Source: an uncultured Actinomycetota bacterium (lineage in GTDB: Bacteria > Actinomycetota > UBA4738 > HRBIN12). Taken from it: 64,000 nt of DNA. The notes under the pieces are model-generated. The model ran no database searches, was not told where the DNA came from, and was given only the letters and a program-made list of their open reading frames with translations. The translations under genes and the position numbers were made by a program. Each line of letters begins with the position of its first letter. Position 1 is the first letter of the stretch. The stretch spans positions 719,004 to 783,003 of the forward strand of contig CAVVSH010000004.1 in NCBI GenBank assembly GCA_963750945.1. Direction: 5' to 3'. Below, one piece after another: positions 39,627 to 52,227 of the stretch.

Positions 39627-41062
39627 AGCGGACGCCGCTCTATCACCCGCGGCCGGGCTCGATCCCGACGCTCGGCGTGCCCTCCCTGGATGCCGTGCTC
39701 ACCGTGCATCTCATCGGAGCAGGGGGGGCCGGCATGCGGAACCTCGCCCGGCTCTTCCTTGCGCGCGGCATCGAGGTCTCGGGGTCGGACCTCAAGGACT
39801 CCGACGGGCTGCGGGAGCTCGAGGCCGCGGGCGCTCGCGTGCGCGTGGGTCACGACGCCGACGCGATGGGCGATCCCGATGCCGTGGTGATCTCGAGTGC
39901 GATCGCCGAGGAGAACCCGGAGCTCGCCGCCGCTCGTGCCCGCGGCCTCCCCGTGTGGGCGCGTCAGCAAGCGATCGCGGCCTTCGCCGCGGACCATCGT
40001 TCCATCGCCGTGGCGGGCACGACCGGGAAGACGACGACCACGTCGATGATCGCCACCATCCTCGAACAGGCCGGGCTCGACCCGACGTACCTGATCGGCG
40101 GCGACCTGAACGAGAGCGGCAGCGGGGCGCGAGCCGGGGAGAGCGACCTCTTCCTCTTCGAAGCCGACGAAAGTGACGGCTCCTTCCTCCTCACCGATCC
40201 TTCGATCGGCGTGGTGACCAACGTCGCGGTGGACCACGTCGACTTCTATCCGGGCGGGGCGGACGAGCTGCGGTTGGCCTTCGCGGAGTTCTGCGCGCGC
40301 TCGGGCCGGATCGTCGCCTGTCTCGACGACGAGGGAGCCCGCGAGGCACTGCGGATCGCGGAGGTCGAGCCGATCGGCTACGGGGTCGGCAGGAACGCGG
40401 ACGTTCGTCTCACGATCGAGACGCCGGGCCCGGGTGGCGCCCGCGGCACGATCGACGTCGACGGTGCCGTCGTCCCGTTGACGCTGCGGGTCGATGGCGC
40501 GCACAACCTGCTGGACGCCGCTGCCGCGATCGCGGTGGGACGCGTCGTCGGCGTCCCCGCCGAGGACGCCGCGCAGGCTCTGTCCACGTTCGACGGGATC
40601 CGCCGCCGCTTCGAACACCGGGGGAGTGTCCGAGGGGCGGAGTTCTACGACGACTACGCGCACGTCCCGACGGAGCTCATCGTCACCCTCGAGGTGGCGC
40701 GAGCACGAGGGCCGCGCCGGCTGGTCGCCGTGTTCCAGCCCCACCGGTACTCCCGGACCCAGGCCCTCTGGCGCGAGCTGGGGGCGAGCCTGACGGAGGC
40801 CGACCTGATCGTCGTGACCGATGTCTACGGCGCGAGCCAACGACCGATCCCAGGGGTCACGGGCGCGCTCGTGGTCGACGGCGTGCGTCTCGCGGCCCCC
40901 GAGCGCACGGTGATCTACGCACCGCACGGCGAGGACGCGGTGTCCTTCCTCGCTCGCGAGGTGGACGAAGGCGATCTCGTCATCACGCTCGGGTGTGGCG
41001 ACGTCTGGATGCTCGGGGATGCGGCGCTCTCCCGGATCCGGGAGGCCGATGGTGGCTCCTGA
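39623..41062 (+). CDS. murC: UDP-MurNAc:L-Ala ligase
   Basis: GAGGAGM, GKTTTT, EADESDGSFL, FQPHRYSRT. Confidence 0.93.
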   Translation: MKRTPLYHPRPGSIPTLGVPSLDAVLTVHLIGAGGAGMRNLARLFLARGIEVSGSDLKDSDGLRELEAAGARVRVGHDADAMGDPDAVVISSAIAEENPELAAARARGLPVWARQQAIAAFAADHRSIAVAGTTGKTTTTSMIATILEQAGLDPTYLIGGDLNESGSGARAGESDLFLFEADESDGSFLLTDPSIGVVTNVAVDHVDFYPGGADELRLAFAEFCARSGRIVACLDDEGAREALRIAEVEPIGYGVGRNADVRLTIETPGPGGARGTIDVDGAVVPLTLRVDGAHNLLDAAAAIAVGRVVGVPAEDAAQALSTFDGIRRRFEHRGSVRGAEFYDDYAHVPTELIVTLEVARARGPRRLVAVFQPHRYSRTQALWRELGASLTEADLIVVTDVYGASQRPIPGVTGALVVDGVRLAAPERTVIYAPHGEDAVSFLAREVDEGDLVITLGCGDVWMLGDAALSRIREADGGS

Positions 41063-41984
41063 CCTCGCGGACGCGGAGCGTCTCCTCCGCGAGCGGCTGG
41101 GCTCGCGACTGCGCGTGGGGTTCCCGCTCGCGCCCCTGACGAGCTTCCGCATCGGCGGACCTGCCTCGCTGTTCGTCGAGGCCGAAGAGGACGGTGCACT
41201 CGAAGCGGTCGGCCTCGCGGTGGAGCGGACGGGTGTGCCGGTGGTGGTGATCGGCAAGGGATCCAACGTGTTGGTGTCGGACGACGGGTTCGACGGCATC
41301 GTGGTGCGCCTCGGTCGTGGGTATCGGTGGGCGGGCCGCGACGGAGACCTGCTCACCGCAGGGGGTGCGATGCCGCTCCCGGCGCTCGCCGGGATCGCGA
41401 TGCGACACCGCCTCGCCGGGCTCGAGTTCGGCGTCGCGATCCCGGCCAGCCTGGGCGGCGCCGTGAAGATGAACGCCGGTGCGCACGGACGGTCGATGTC
41501 CGAGGTGATCGAGCGGGTGGACGTCTACTCGCTCGCCCGCCGCGGCCGGGGCTCCCTCTCGGTCGACGAGGCCGGGTTCGGCTATCGGCGGTCGAGCCTG
41601 CCTCCCGGTGACGTCGTGGTCGCCGCTGCGGCACGGCTCGAGCCCGGCGACGAGCGAGAGATCCGGGCTCGGATGGAGGAGGCCCGGGACTGGCGCCGGC
41701 GCACGCAGCCGCTCGCGGAGCCGAACTGCGGATCGGTCTTCAAGAACCCCGACGGCGACCACGCCGCCAGGCTGATCGAGGCGGCCGGCGCGAAGGGACT
41801 TCGGCTCGGAGGGGCCCAGGTCTCCGAGAAGCACTCGAACTTCATCGTCGCGGGTCCGGGCGCCTCGTCCTCCGACGTCTGGGCGCTGATCGAACGGGTG
41901 CGAGCGCTCGTGGAGTCCCACGCCGGGATCCGACTGGAAACCGAGGTCGAGTTGATGGGAGCCGTCCGCGATGCGGAGCGCTGA
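41049..41984 (+). CDS. murB: UDP-N-acetylmuramate dehydrogenase
   Basis: FRIGGPA, GKGSN, MNAGAHG, GSVFKNP, SEKHSNF. Confidence 0.94.
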   Translation: MVAPDLADAERLLRERLGSRLRVGFPLAPLTSFRIGGPASLFVEAEEDGALEAVGLAVERTGVPVVVIGKGSNVLVSDDGFDGIVVRLGRGYRWAGRDGDLLTAGGAMPLPALAGIAMRHRLAGLEFGVAIPASLGGAVKMNAGAHGRSMSEVIERVDVYSLARRGRGSLSVDEAGFGYRRSSLPPGDVVVAAAARLEPGDEREIRARMEEARDWRRRTQPLAEPNCGSVFKNPDGDHAARLIEAAGAKGLRLGGAQVSEKHSNFIVAGPGASSSDVWALIERVRALVESHAGIRLETEVELMGAVRDAER

Positions 41985-42717
41985 CGAGGAGCGGCGGGGC
42001 ATCCGACGCTGGACGGTGGCTGCCATCGCGACGATCCTGGTGGCCTCAGTGGCGGTCGCGGTGACGTACACCCCGTTGTTCGCGGCGAGCGACATCCAGA
42101 TCGAGGGCTCCCACGGGATCTCGAGCGCCGATCTCCTCGTCCTTGCTCGCGTGGACGAGGATTCGAACGTGTTCCATCTCGATACCGGCGCGGTCGAGCG
42201 GCGCCTGGAACGCGACCCGCGGATCCTCGAGGCGCGGGTCATCACGTCGCTCCCGGACGCGCTCACGATCGAGGTCGTCGCTCGGACCCCCGTCGGCGTC
42301 GTGGGCGCCGGTGGGGTGGGAACGCCGATGGACCTGGTCGGTGCCGACGGCGTCGTGATCGGGCCCGCGGGGCACACCGTCGACCTGCCGGCGCTGCTCG
42401 CTCCGGACGGCGGCCCCGTCGGAGTGGGGAGCCTGGCGACTGCCGCGGCCGCGGCCGGCGCGCTCGACCCGACGTTGCGACGCGCCGTGGACGCCGTGGT
42501 CGTGTCACCGGAAGGGGGAGTGGAGGTCCGGCTCGCGGCCGGGTTCTCCGCCTCCCTCGGAGATGGGTCGGAGCTCACCGCGAAGGCCGCGTCGCTGGCT
42601 GCCCTGTTGGCGTGGGTGCAGGAGCGGGATGTCAGCGTGGTGTCGGCCGATCTGAGCGTGCCGGGGAGCCCGACCGCGAAACTCGCACAAGGTTCGACCG
42701 CGGTGCCGATCCCCTGA
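41971..42717 (+). CDS. ftsQ: FtsQ/DivIB POTRA protein
   Basis: N-terminal TM plus POTRA-like region; position before ftsZ. Confidence 0.8.
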   Translation: MRSADEERRGIRRWTVAAIATILVASVAVAVTYTPLFAASDIQIEGSHGISSADLLVLARVDEDSNVFHLDTGAVERRLERDPRILEARVITSLPDALTIEVVARTPVGVVGAGGVGTPMDLVGADGVVIGPAGHTVDLPALLAPDGGPVGVGSLATAAAAAGALDPTLRRAVDAVVVSPEGGVEVRLAAGFSASLGDGSELTAKAASLAALLAWVQERDVSVVSADLSVPGSPTAKLAQGSTAVPIP

Positions 42718-42794
42718 TCCGTGACGCGATACACGGTCGTTCTGATTGTCACGAGTAAGCGCAAGCGAGGACCCGTGACGTGTGCCACAACTTC

Positions 42795-42823
42795 TTGACG
42801 GACCTGCGATTCCGAAGTAGGGT
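42795..42823 (+). promoter_or_regulatory. Sigma70-type promoter of ftsZ
   Basis: TTGACG, 17-bp spacer, TAGGGT. Confidence 0.6.
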
Positions 42824-42991
42824 CGCTACCTCCACATGAGCTAGATATGACAATAACGTTCAAGTGGAGCCTTACGGTTTTGCTCGCAGTGAGCAGGGAC
42901 GGCGAGTGAGTTCGCACCAACGGTCGACCACAGGTTGCAGTCGGAGGCGGGACCTCCAGGTACGCGGGCCGGGGCCCGGGAGGGAAAGCGG

Positions 42992-44146
42992 ATGATGGAC
43001 GCTCCTCAGAACTACCTCGCCGTGATCAAGGTCGTGGGCATCGGCGGGGGCGGCGTGAACGCGGTGAACCGGATGATCGAGGCAGGCCTCCGGGGCGTCG
43101 AGTTCACCGCCGTCAACACCGACGCACAGACCTTGCTGATGTCCGACGCCGAGGTGAAGCTCGACATCGGCCGGGAGACGACGCGCGGTCTGGGCGCCGG
43201 CTCCGATCCGGACGTCGGCCGGCGCGCAGCGGAGGAGCACGCCGACGAGATCGAGGAGATCCTCAAGGGCGCCGACATGGTGTTCATCACCGCCGGCGAG
43301 GGCGGGGGCACGGGAACCGGCGGCGCTCCGATCGTGGCGGAGGTCGCGAGGAACCTCGGGGCTCTCACGATCGGCGTCGTGACACGCCCCTTCGGCTTCG
43401 AAGGCCGCAAGCGCGCGACCCAGGCGGACCTCGGGATCACGGAGCTCAAGAAGGCAGTCGACACGTTGATCGTGGTGCCGAACGACCGGCTCCTCCAGGT
43501 AGCCGACGCCAGCATGCCGATGCTCGACGCGTTCCGGATGGCGGACCAGGTGCTCTATCAAGGTGTCGACGGCATCACCTCGCTCATCACCACTCCGGGG
43601 TTGATCAACCTCGACTTCGCCGACGTGAAGTCGATCATGGCGGGCGCCGGTTCGGCGTTGATGGGGATCGGCCTCGGGTCCGGACAGGACCGCGCCACGG
43701 AGGCCGCCAAGGCAGCGATCAGCTCCCCGTTGCTGGAGTCCTCGATCGACGGCGCGAAGGGCGTCCTGCTCTCGATCGCCGGTCCGACCGACCTGACCCT
43801 GCACGAGGTCAACGCGGCGGCGGATGCGATCACGCGCGTCGCCCACCCGGACGCCAACATCATCTTCGGCGCGGTGGTCGACGATGCGTTGGGCGAGGAG
43901 GTGCGCGTCACCGTCGTGGCCGCGGGCTTCGACAAGGTGACGGCCGTCTCCGACAGTCGCTTCGAGAGCCGGCTCTCCCGGCTGCTCGAGGAACCCACCG
44001 AGGAAGGAGCCGCGAGCGAAGAGCCGCTTCCGTCGATCCTGGCCGAGGACGACGAGGACCGGGTCTTCACGAGCGGTGAGGGATCCGCCCCGCTGACCTT
44101 CGACGCCGAGGAGGACCTGGACATCCCGGACTTCCTCAAGAGCTGA
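42992..44146 (+). CDS. ftsZ: Cell division protein FtsZ
   Basis: GGGTGTG tubulin motif, NLDFADV, C-terminal DIPDFLK. Confidence 0.98.
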   Translation: MMDAPQNYLAVIKVVGIGGGGVNAVNRMIEAGLRGVEFTAVNTDAQTLLMSDAEVKLDIGRETTRGLGAGSDPDVGRRAAEEHADEIEEILKGADMVFITAGEGGGTGTGGAPIVAEVARNLGALTIGVVTRPFGFEGRKRATQADLGITELKKAVDTLIVVPNDRLLQVADASMPMLDAFRMADQVLYQGVDGITSLITTPGLINLDFADVKSIMAGAGSALMGIGLGSGQDRATEAAKAAISSPLLESSIDGAKGVLLSIAGPTDLTLHEVNAAADAITRVAHPDANIIFGAVVDDALGEEVRVTVVAAGFDKVTAVSDSRFESRLSRLLEEPTEEGAASEEPLPSILAEDDEDRVFTSGEGSAPLTFDAEEDLDIPDFLKS

Positions 44147-44170
44147 CACCCGCCCCGCGCGGCCCTCGAC

Positions 44171-44240
44171 CGGGGTGGGGAGGTCCACGAGAGGAGGCGC
44201 CCTTCCCCCGCCTCCTCTCGAAGAGGATCTCCCCGCCCCG
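44171..44240 (+). terminator. Long stem-loop downstream of ftsZ (terminator or mRNA-stabilising hairpin)
   Basis: 16-bp outer stem with two G-U pairs, 12-bp perfect inner stem, CCCTTCCCC loop. Confidence 0.55.
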
Positions 44241-44265
44241 TTCGTCTGTTCGGGCCCGCCGAGGG

Positions 44266-45021
44266 ATGACGATGGCGGGGGTCGCGCCACGATCACGAGA
44301 GGACGCGGTGACCGCGGATCGCGAGGAGGTACGTAGCAACGTCGAGGAGGTACGGTCGCGCATCGCCGCCGCCGCCACTCGCTCGGGCAGGACCCCCGGG
44401 GACGTCTCGCTGATCGCGGTCACGAAGACGGTCGAGGTCGAGCGGGTCCGATGGGCGATCGAGGCAGGGGTTCGTGATCTCGGCGAGAACTACGTGCAGG
44501 AGCTGCGCGACAAGCGGGACGCGATCGACACCGCTACGTGGCACTTCATCGGGACGCTCCAGTCGAGCACGGCCCACCGCGTCGCCGACCACGCCGATGT
44601 CGTCCAGACGGTCGCGGGGGAGCGGGCGGCGCGACGGCTCGCGCGCCGCGCCGCCGGCTCCGGCCGCAGGCTCGACTCGTTGATCGAGGTCGATCTCACG
44701 GAAGCACGGACGGGTGTGCCCCCGGCCGAGCTTCCCGCCTTCGCCGATCTGGTCGCTTCGCTCGAGGGCCTTCGCCTGATCGGTCTGATGACCGTGCCCC
44801 CGGTCGGGGAGACGGCCGAGGACGCACGCGCCTCCTTCATCCGGTTGCGCCGGCTCCGCGACGAGATCCGAGAAGAGCACCCCGACGTGCTGGCATTGTC
44901 GATGGGGATGTCGTTGGATTACGAGGTCGCGGTGGAAGAAGGCGCTACCATGGTCCGGATCGGGACGGCCCTGTTCGGCCCCCGAGCAGCCAGGCCTAGA
45001 AATAGGGAGGAACCAACATGA
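44266..45021 (+). CDS. yggS: YggS/PROSC family PLP-binding protein
   Basis: IAVTKT, GENYVQE, WHFIGTLQS, LSMGMS, VRIGTALFG. Start may be 44272 or 44308. Confidence 0.92.
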   Translation: MTMAGVAPRSREDAVTADREEVRSNVEEVRSRIAAAATRSGRTPGDVSLIAVTKTVEVERVRWAIEAGVRDLGENYVQELRDKRDAIDTATWHFIGTLQSSTAHRVADHADVVQTVAGERAARRLARRAAGSGRRLDSLIEVDLTEARTGVPPAELPAFADLVASLEGLRLIGLMTVPPVGETAEDARASFIRLRRLRDEIREEHPDVLALSMGMSLDYEVAVEEGATMVRIGTALFGPRAARPRNREEPT

Positions 45022-45485
45022 GCGGCGTGTGGAAGAAGACGCTGAACTATCTCGGTCTGGTCGAAGACGACGAGGAGTTCGTCGAGGAACTCCCCGACGT
45101 CGAGCCTGCGGCCGTGCGGCGGATGCGGCCTCAACCGGTCCGTGAGGTGTCCTCAGAGGCGGAAGGCGTGGTGCGCACGATCGCCTCGCCTCGCCAGGTG
45201 GGTGCATCGGCGGCGATCCACAAGTCGGAGCCCAAGCGATTCAACGAGGCCCGCGAGGTCGCCGACCGGTTCAAAGAGGGCACGGCTGTCATCATGAACC
45301 TGCAGGGCACCGAGGATTCCACCGCTCGCCGGCTCGTCGACTTCGCCTCCGGTCTCGTCTACGGACTGGACGGCAAGATCGAGCTCGTGGCGAATCGCGT
45401 GTACCTGCTCACACCGGCAGACGTCGAGGTCTCGGCCGAGGAGCGGGAACGCATCGCCGGCGGCGGGTTCTACAACCAGTTCTGA
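45018..45485 (+). CDS. sepF: Cell division protein SepF
   Basis: WKKTLNYLGL, RRLVDFASGLVYGLDGKI, YLLTP. Confidence 0.93.
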   Translation: MSGVWKKTLNYLGLVEDDEEFVEELPDVEPAAVRRMRPQPVREVSSEAEGVVRTIASPRQVGASAAIHKSEPKRFNEAREVADRFKEGTAVIMNLQGTEDSTARRLVDFASGLVYGLDGKIELVANRVYLLTPADVEVSAEERERIAGGGFYNQF

Positions 45486-45534
45486 CGACGCTTCGGTCCG
45501 GGCGCGGTCCTTGCACTGCTAGCCTTGCCCGTCG

Positions 45535-45819
45535 ATGACCGCAGCCAACGGGAACGACTTCGTGAGCGAGCTCATCTGTCTCGTGCTCTTCGTCTTCATG
45601 ATCCTCTTGTTCATCAGGGTGATCCTCGGCTGGGTGCAGTTCGCGGGGTGGCGGCCACCGCACTCGGGACCCCTCCGAGCGGGTTTCGATGTCGTGATCG
45701 ACGTGACGGAACCGCCGCTCCGGCTGCTGCGGAGGATCGTGCCGCCGGCGGGCGTGCTCGACCTCTCGGTGCTGGTTGCGTTCGTAGTCCTCGTCGTGTT
45801 GCGTACAGTGTTCTGCTAA
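45535..45819 (+). CDS. YggT family membrane protein
   Basis: VTEPPLRLLRRIVPPAGVLDLS. Confidence 0.9.
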   Translation: MTAANGNDFVSELICLVLFVFMILLFIRVILGWVQFAGWRPPHSGPLRAGFDVVIDVTEPPLRLLRRIVPPAGVLDLSVLVAFVVLVVLRTVFC

Positions 45820-45879
45820 GCGATGGCCGGAAGCGACCGAACCCAGGGCGGATGAAGTGGGCGAGGAGAAGAAACCAAG

Positions 45880-46662
45880 ATGAAGAAAAAGGACACCACC
45901 GGCGGCGCATCGGATTGGACCTCGGCTCCGGCAGGGCGCATCACGCCCCTGGAGGTCCAACAGAAGGAGTTCCAAGTCGCCCGGTTCGGTGCGGGTTACC
46001 GGATGCGGGAGGTCGACGAGTTCCTCGATCAGGTGACCGACGCGATGACCGCGCTGGTGGCGGAGAACGAGCGTTTGGCCCGAGGAGCGAGCGGCCCCGA
46101 GCCGGCTCCGAGCCGGTCATCGGTCCCCACGGCGACCGGCGACGCCGACCGCGCCGCGGTCGAGGCGTTCCTGCGGCGCGAGAAGGGATTCCTGCAGGAT
46201 CTCGGCGGCCTCGTCCAGGAGCACGCCGAGGAGCTCCGGTCCATGGTGCGGACGGTTCGGCAGGACGCATCGGCCGTGGCCGGGACAACGACGCAAGAGT
46301 CCGCGATGACGGAGTTGCCCCCGGCAGCGTCGCCGTCGCCAGAGGCCGCGGAGGCCCCGGCACCGACGCCGCCGCCTGAGGCCGCGTTCGCTCCGGGGGC
46401 ATCGGAGGAACCCGACGCGCCGCAGGCCGAGATCGCCGAAGGCCCCGACGTGACCGGGACCACGGCGCAGACCACGCCCGATGTCCCGGATGAGGAGGGA
46501 AAGGGCGAGGATCGCACGACCCTCGCGGGGTCGGCGACCGTCATCACCGGCGCCGTCGCCGACGAGCCGATCCTGCTGGATGAGCCGGAACCCGCACGGT
46601 CGGGACGTCCGGACGAAGAAGAGGACAGCTCGCTCCGGGAGCTGTTCTGGGGCGAGGAATGA
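45880..46662 (+). CDS. DivIVA domain protein
   Basis: ITPLEVQQKEF...GYRMREVDEFLDQV, followed by an acidic low-complexity tail. Confidence 0.85.
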   Translation: MKKKDTTGGASDWTSAPAGRITPLEVQQKEFQVARFGAGYRMREVDEFLDQVTDAMTALVAENERLARGASGPEPAPSRSSVPTATGDADRAAVEAFLRREKGFLQDLGGLVQEHAEELRSMVRTVRQDASAVAGTTTQESAMTELPPAASPSPEAAEAPAPTPPPEAAFAPGASEEPDAPQAEIAEGPDVTGTTAQTTPDVPDEEGKGEDRTTLAGSATVITGAVADEPILLDEPEPARSGRPDEEEDSSLRELFWGEE

Positions 46663-46671
46663 ACCGGGCCC

Positions 46672-49842
<3,171 letters not shown>

Positions 49843-49859
49843 CCGCTCGCCTCCCGACA

Positions 49860-50135
49860 CGCGAAACGCCTCGTCCTCGTCTCGCGAGGACGAGGCGCGA
49901 GCCCCGCGGTACCACCTCGCTTGCCGGATGCCTCGCGGCATCCCGGCCGCTCGCGGCCGCGATCACGGCCTGCCGCTGTTCCGGGCGGACCCGCCTGCGC
50001 CTACTGGGAGCCGTAGGCCGGCTCGGTTCGGGCAGGGGCTCGGGGAGGATGTTCGCGGGGCGCTCGGCACCGGGCTTCCACCGTCCCCGGCTCGCTCTGG
50101 CTCTGCGGTCCCTGCGACGTGTTCCCGTCGTCGCC
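49860..50135 (-). promoter_or_regulatory. Ile T-box riboswitch
   Basis: T-box GGTGGTACCGCG (49905-49916, reverse strand); specifier GAAC-ATC (50048-50050); stem I AGCGAG/GGTGGAAG motifs; TAGCAT -10 at 50144-50149. Confidence 0.88.
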
Positions 50136-50336
50136 TCGCGTGCATGCTACACACGCGGGCCGCACGACGATGCGCGATCCGCGACACCTCCTCCTTCGGG
50201 GAGGGGTGCCCCTCCCCGTGGACCGGGTTCGCTGGTGGAACGACGGAAGTGTAAGCGCTGCAACGTTTCCAGACCCGACCGACGCCGCCACGTCGCCAGT
50301 CATGGCCGATGCGCCGACGTGCTACCCTTCGCCCCC

Positions 50337-50723
50337 ATGACGCAGGCCAAGCTCACCGCGAAGGAGCTCGATGACCTCCGCGCCCGGCTCCTGGAAGAGC
50401 GCACCCACCTCGAGGCGCAGCTCGCGTCGATCGTCGAGGGTTCCTTCGCGGCGACACAGTCGGATCTGTCGGGGGACGTGGGGCTCGACGACGAGTCGGC
50501 GGACGCCGGCACCGCCACGTTCGAGCGTGAGAAAGACCTCTCGATCGAGAACAACGTGCGAGACCTGCTGCGGAAGATCGAGGGCGCGTTGAAGCGGATG
50601 GATGCGGGGACCTACGGCCTGTGCGAGCGTTGCGGCAAGCCGATCGAGAAAGCCCGGATCAAGGCCCTGCCGTACGCGGAGCTCTGCATCAAGGACGCGC
50701 AGGCGGCGCAGTCGCGTCGCTGA
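50337..50723 (+). CDS. TraR/DksA family zinc-finger protein
   Basis: DESADAG coiled-coil tip; GTYGLCERCGKPIEKARIKALPYAELCIKD. Confidence 0.9.
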   Translation: MTQAKLTAKELDDLRARLLEERTHLEAQLASIVEGSFAATQSDLSGDVGLDDESADAGTATFEREKDLSIENNVRDLLRKIEGALKRMDAGTYGLCERCGKPIEKARIKALPYAELCIKDAQAAQSRR

Positions 50724-50726
50724 CCC

Positions 50727-51254
50727 GTGGACGCGCGGCGGAGCCGGGCGGCGCGAACGCTCTTCGTCGTGGCCGTCGTCTCCTTCGGCCTTGACCGGAT
50801 CACGAAGATCTGGGCCGAGGCGACCCTCCCCGGCTCTCCGATCGAGGTCGTGCCGGGCGTCCTCACGTTGCGATTCACGACCAACTCCGGCGGTGCATTC
50901 AGCATCGGCCAGAGCGCCCCGTGGTTCTTCGTCGGGGTGTCGGCGGTCGTGGTCGCGATCATCCTCGCTACCTCGTTCCGGCACACCAGCCGGATCGTCG
51001 GCGTGGGGCTGGGGCTGGTGCTCGGTGGCGCGCTCGGCAACCTCACGGATCGCGCGTTCCGGGATGAAGGCTTCCGGGGACGCGTCGTCGACTTCATCGA
51101 CTTCCACGTCTGGCCCGTCTTCAATCTCGCCGACTCCGCGATCGTGATCGGCGCGATCGTGCTCGCGTGGGCGGGAACGCGGGACCGCTCTGGGCAACGG
51201 CCGGGGGAAGGCCCGGGGAAGGAGCAGCCCGAGCCGACGGCGGCGCCGCGGTGA
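50727..51254 (+). CDS. lspA: Lipoprotein signal peptidase II
   Basis: NSGGAFS, GGALGNLTDR, VVDFID, FNLADS. Confidence 0.94.
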   Translation: MDARRSRAARTLFVVAVVSFGLDRITKIWAEATLPGSPIEVVPGVLTLRFTTNSGGAFSIGQSAPWFFVGVSAVVVAIILATSFRHTSRIVGVGLGLVLGGALGNLTDRAFRDEGFRGRVVDFIDFHVWPVFNLADSAIVIGAIVLAWAGTRDRSGQRPGEGPGKEQPEPTAAPR

Positions 51255-52135
51255 GACGAACGCTCGTCGCCGAGGAGGGGCGGCTCGATGCCGTCATCGC
51301 GCGGATGACCGGCGAGGCGCGAGCGGACGTCCAGCGCGCGATCGCCTCGGGCAAGGTGCAGGTCGACGGCGAGCCTCGGCCGAAGTCCTTCCACTTGCGT
51401 GGTGGCGAGCGGGTGACGCTCGAGCTCGAGCGGGACGAGCCCGTCGCCGCCGAGGGCCCTCCCGTGCCGGTCCGCTACGAGGACGACCACCTCCTCGTGA
51501 TCGTGAAGCCCGCCGGCCTCGTGACGCATCCCACCGCCGGCCGGCGCGGCGGGACGCTCGTGAACCGATTGCTCGGGATGGGCGTCCCGCTCGCGCCGGC
51601 CGGCGGTCCGCTCCGTCCCGGCATCGTGCACCGACTGGACGTGGGCACGTCCGGGCTGCTGGTCGTGGCCAAGACAGACGAGGCCTACGCGGCACTGAGA
51701 AGCATGTTCGGCGTCCACGCCGTGGAGCGCGGGTATCTCGCACTCGTCCGGGGTGCGGTCGCCAACGACGCATTCGCCGTGGACGCCCCGCTCGGCCGCC
51801 GCGCGGCCAAGATCGTCGTGGACGCGACCGAGGGCAGGCGGGCGGAGACGGGGTTCGAGGTCCGCGAGCGGTTGGACGGCGCGACGCTCTTGGAGGCGGT
51901 CCCGCGAACCGGACGTACGCACCAGATCCGGGTGCATCTGGCGGCGATCGGGCATCCGATCCTGGGAGATCGCGCGTACGGCGGAGGTGGGAACGACGCC
52001 CGCCGGGTGGGGCTCGAGCGCCCGTTCCTGCACGCCTGGCGCCTGTCGTTCACCCACCCGGTCGGCGGGGAGAGGATCGAGGTGGTGGAGGACCTCCCCG
52101 AGGAGCTCGCCGAGGCGCTCGCCCGGTTCCGATGA
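51251..52135 (+). CDS. RluA/RluD family pseudouridine synthase
   Basis: S4-like N-terminus, KPAGLVTHP, VHRLDVGTSG, TGRTHQIRVH. Confidence 0.93.
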   Translation: MRRTLVAEEGRLDAVIARMTGEARADVQRAIASGKVQVDGEPRPKSFHLRGGERVTLELERDEPVAAEGPPVPVRYEDDHLLVIVKPAGLVTHPTAGRRGGTLVNRLLGMGVPLAPAGGPLRPGIVHRLDVGTSGLLVVAKTDEAYAALRSMFGVHAVERGYLALVRGAVANDAFAVDAPLGRRAAKIVVDATEGRRAETGFEVRERLDGATLLEAVPRTGRTHQIRVHLAAIGHPILGDRAYGGGGNDARRVGLERPFLHAWRLSFTHPVGGERIEVVEDLPEELAEALARFR

Positions 52136-52145
52136 AGGGGTTCGC

Positions 52146-52174
52146 TTGACGGCGCCGAAGCCGCGACGTAGCGT
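52146..52174 (+). promoter_or_regulatory. Sigma70-type promoter of dnaE
   Basis: TTGACG, 17-bp spacer, TAGCGT. Confidence 0.6.
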
Positions 52175-52227
52175 GGGGCTCCTACGAATCACAGTCATGT
52201 AAGTTTCCACAACCGGCCGGGACGGGT

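Noticed and set aside
28306-46662. Absence of ftsA and ddl from the dcw cluster
   Set aside because: Normal for Actinomycetota: SepF replaces FtsA and ddl lies elsewhere.
50249-50270. LacI-type operator-like TGTAAGCGCTGCA
   Set aside because: Imperfect palindrome with no LacI regulator or sugar genes nearby; insufficient support.
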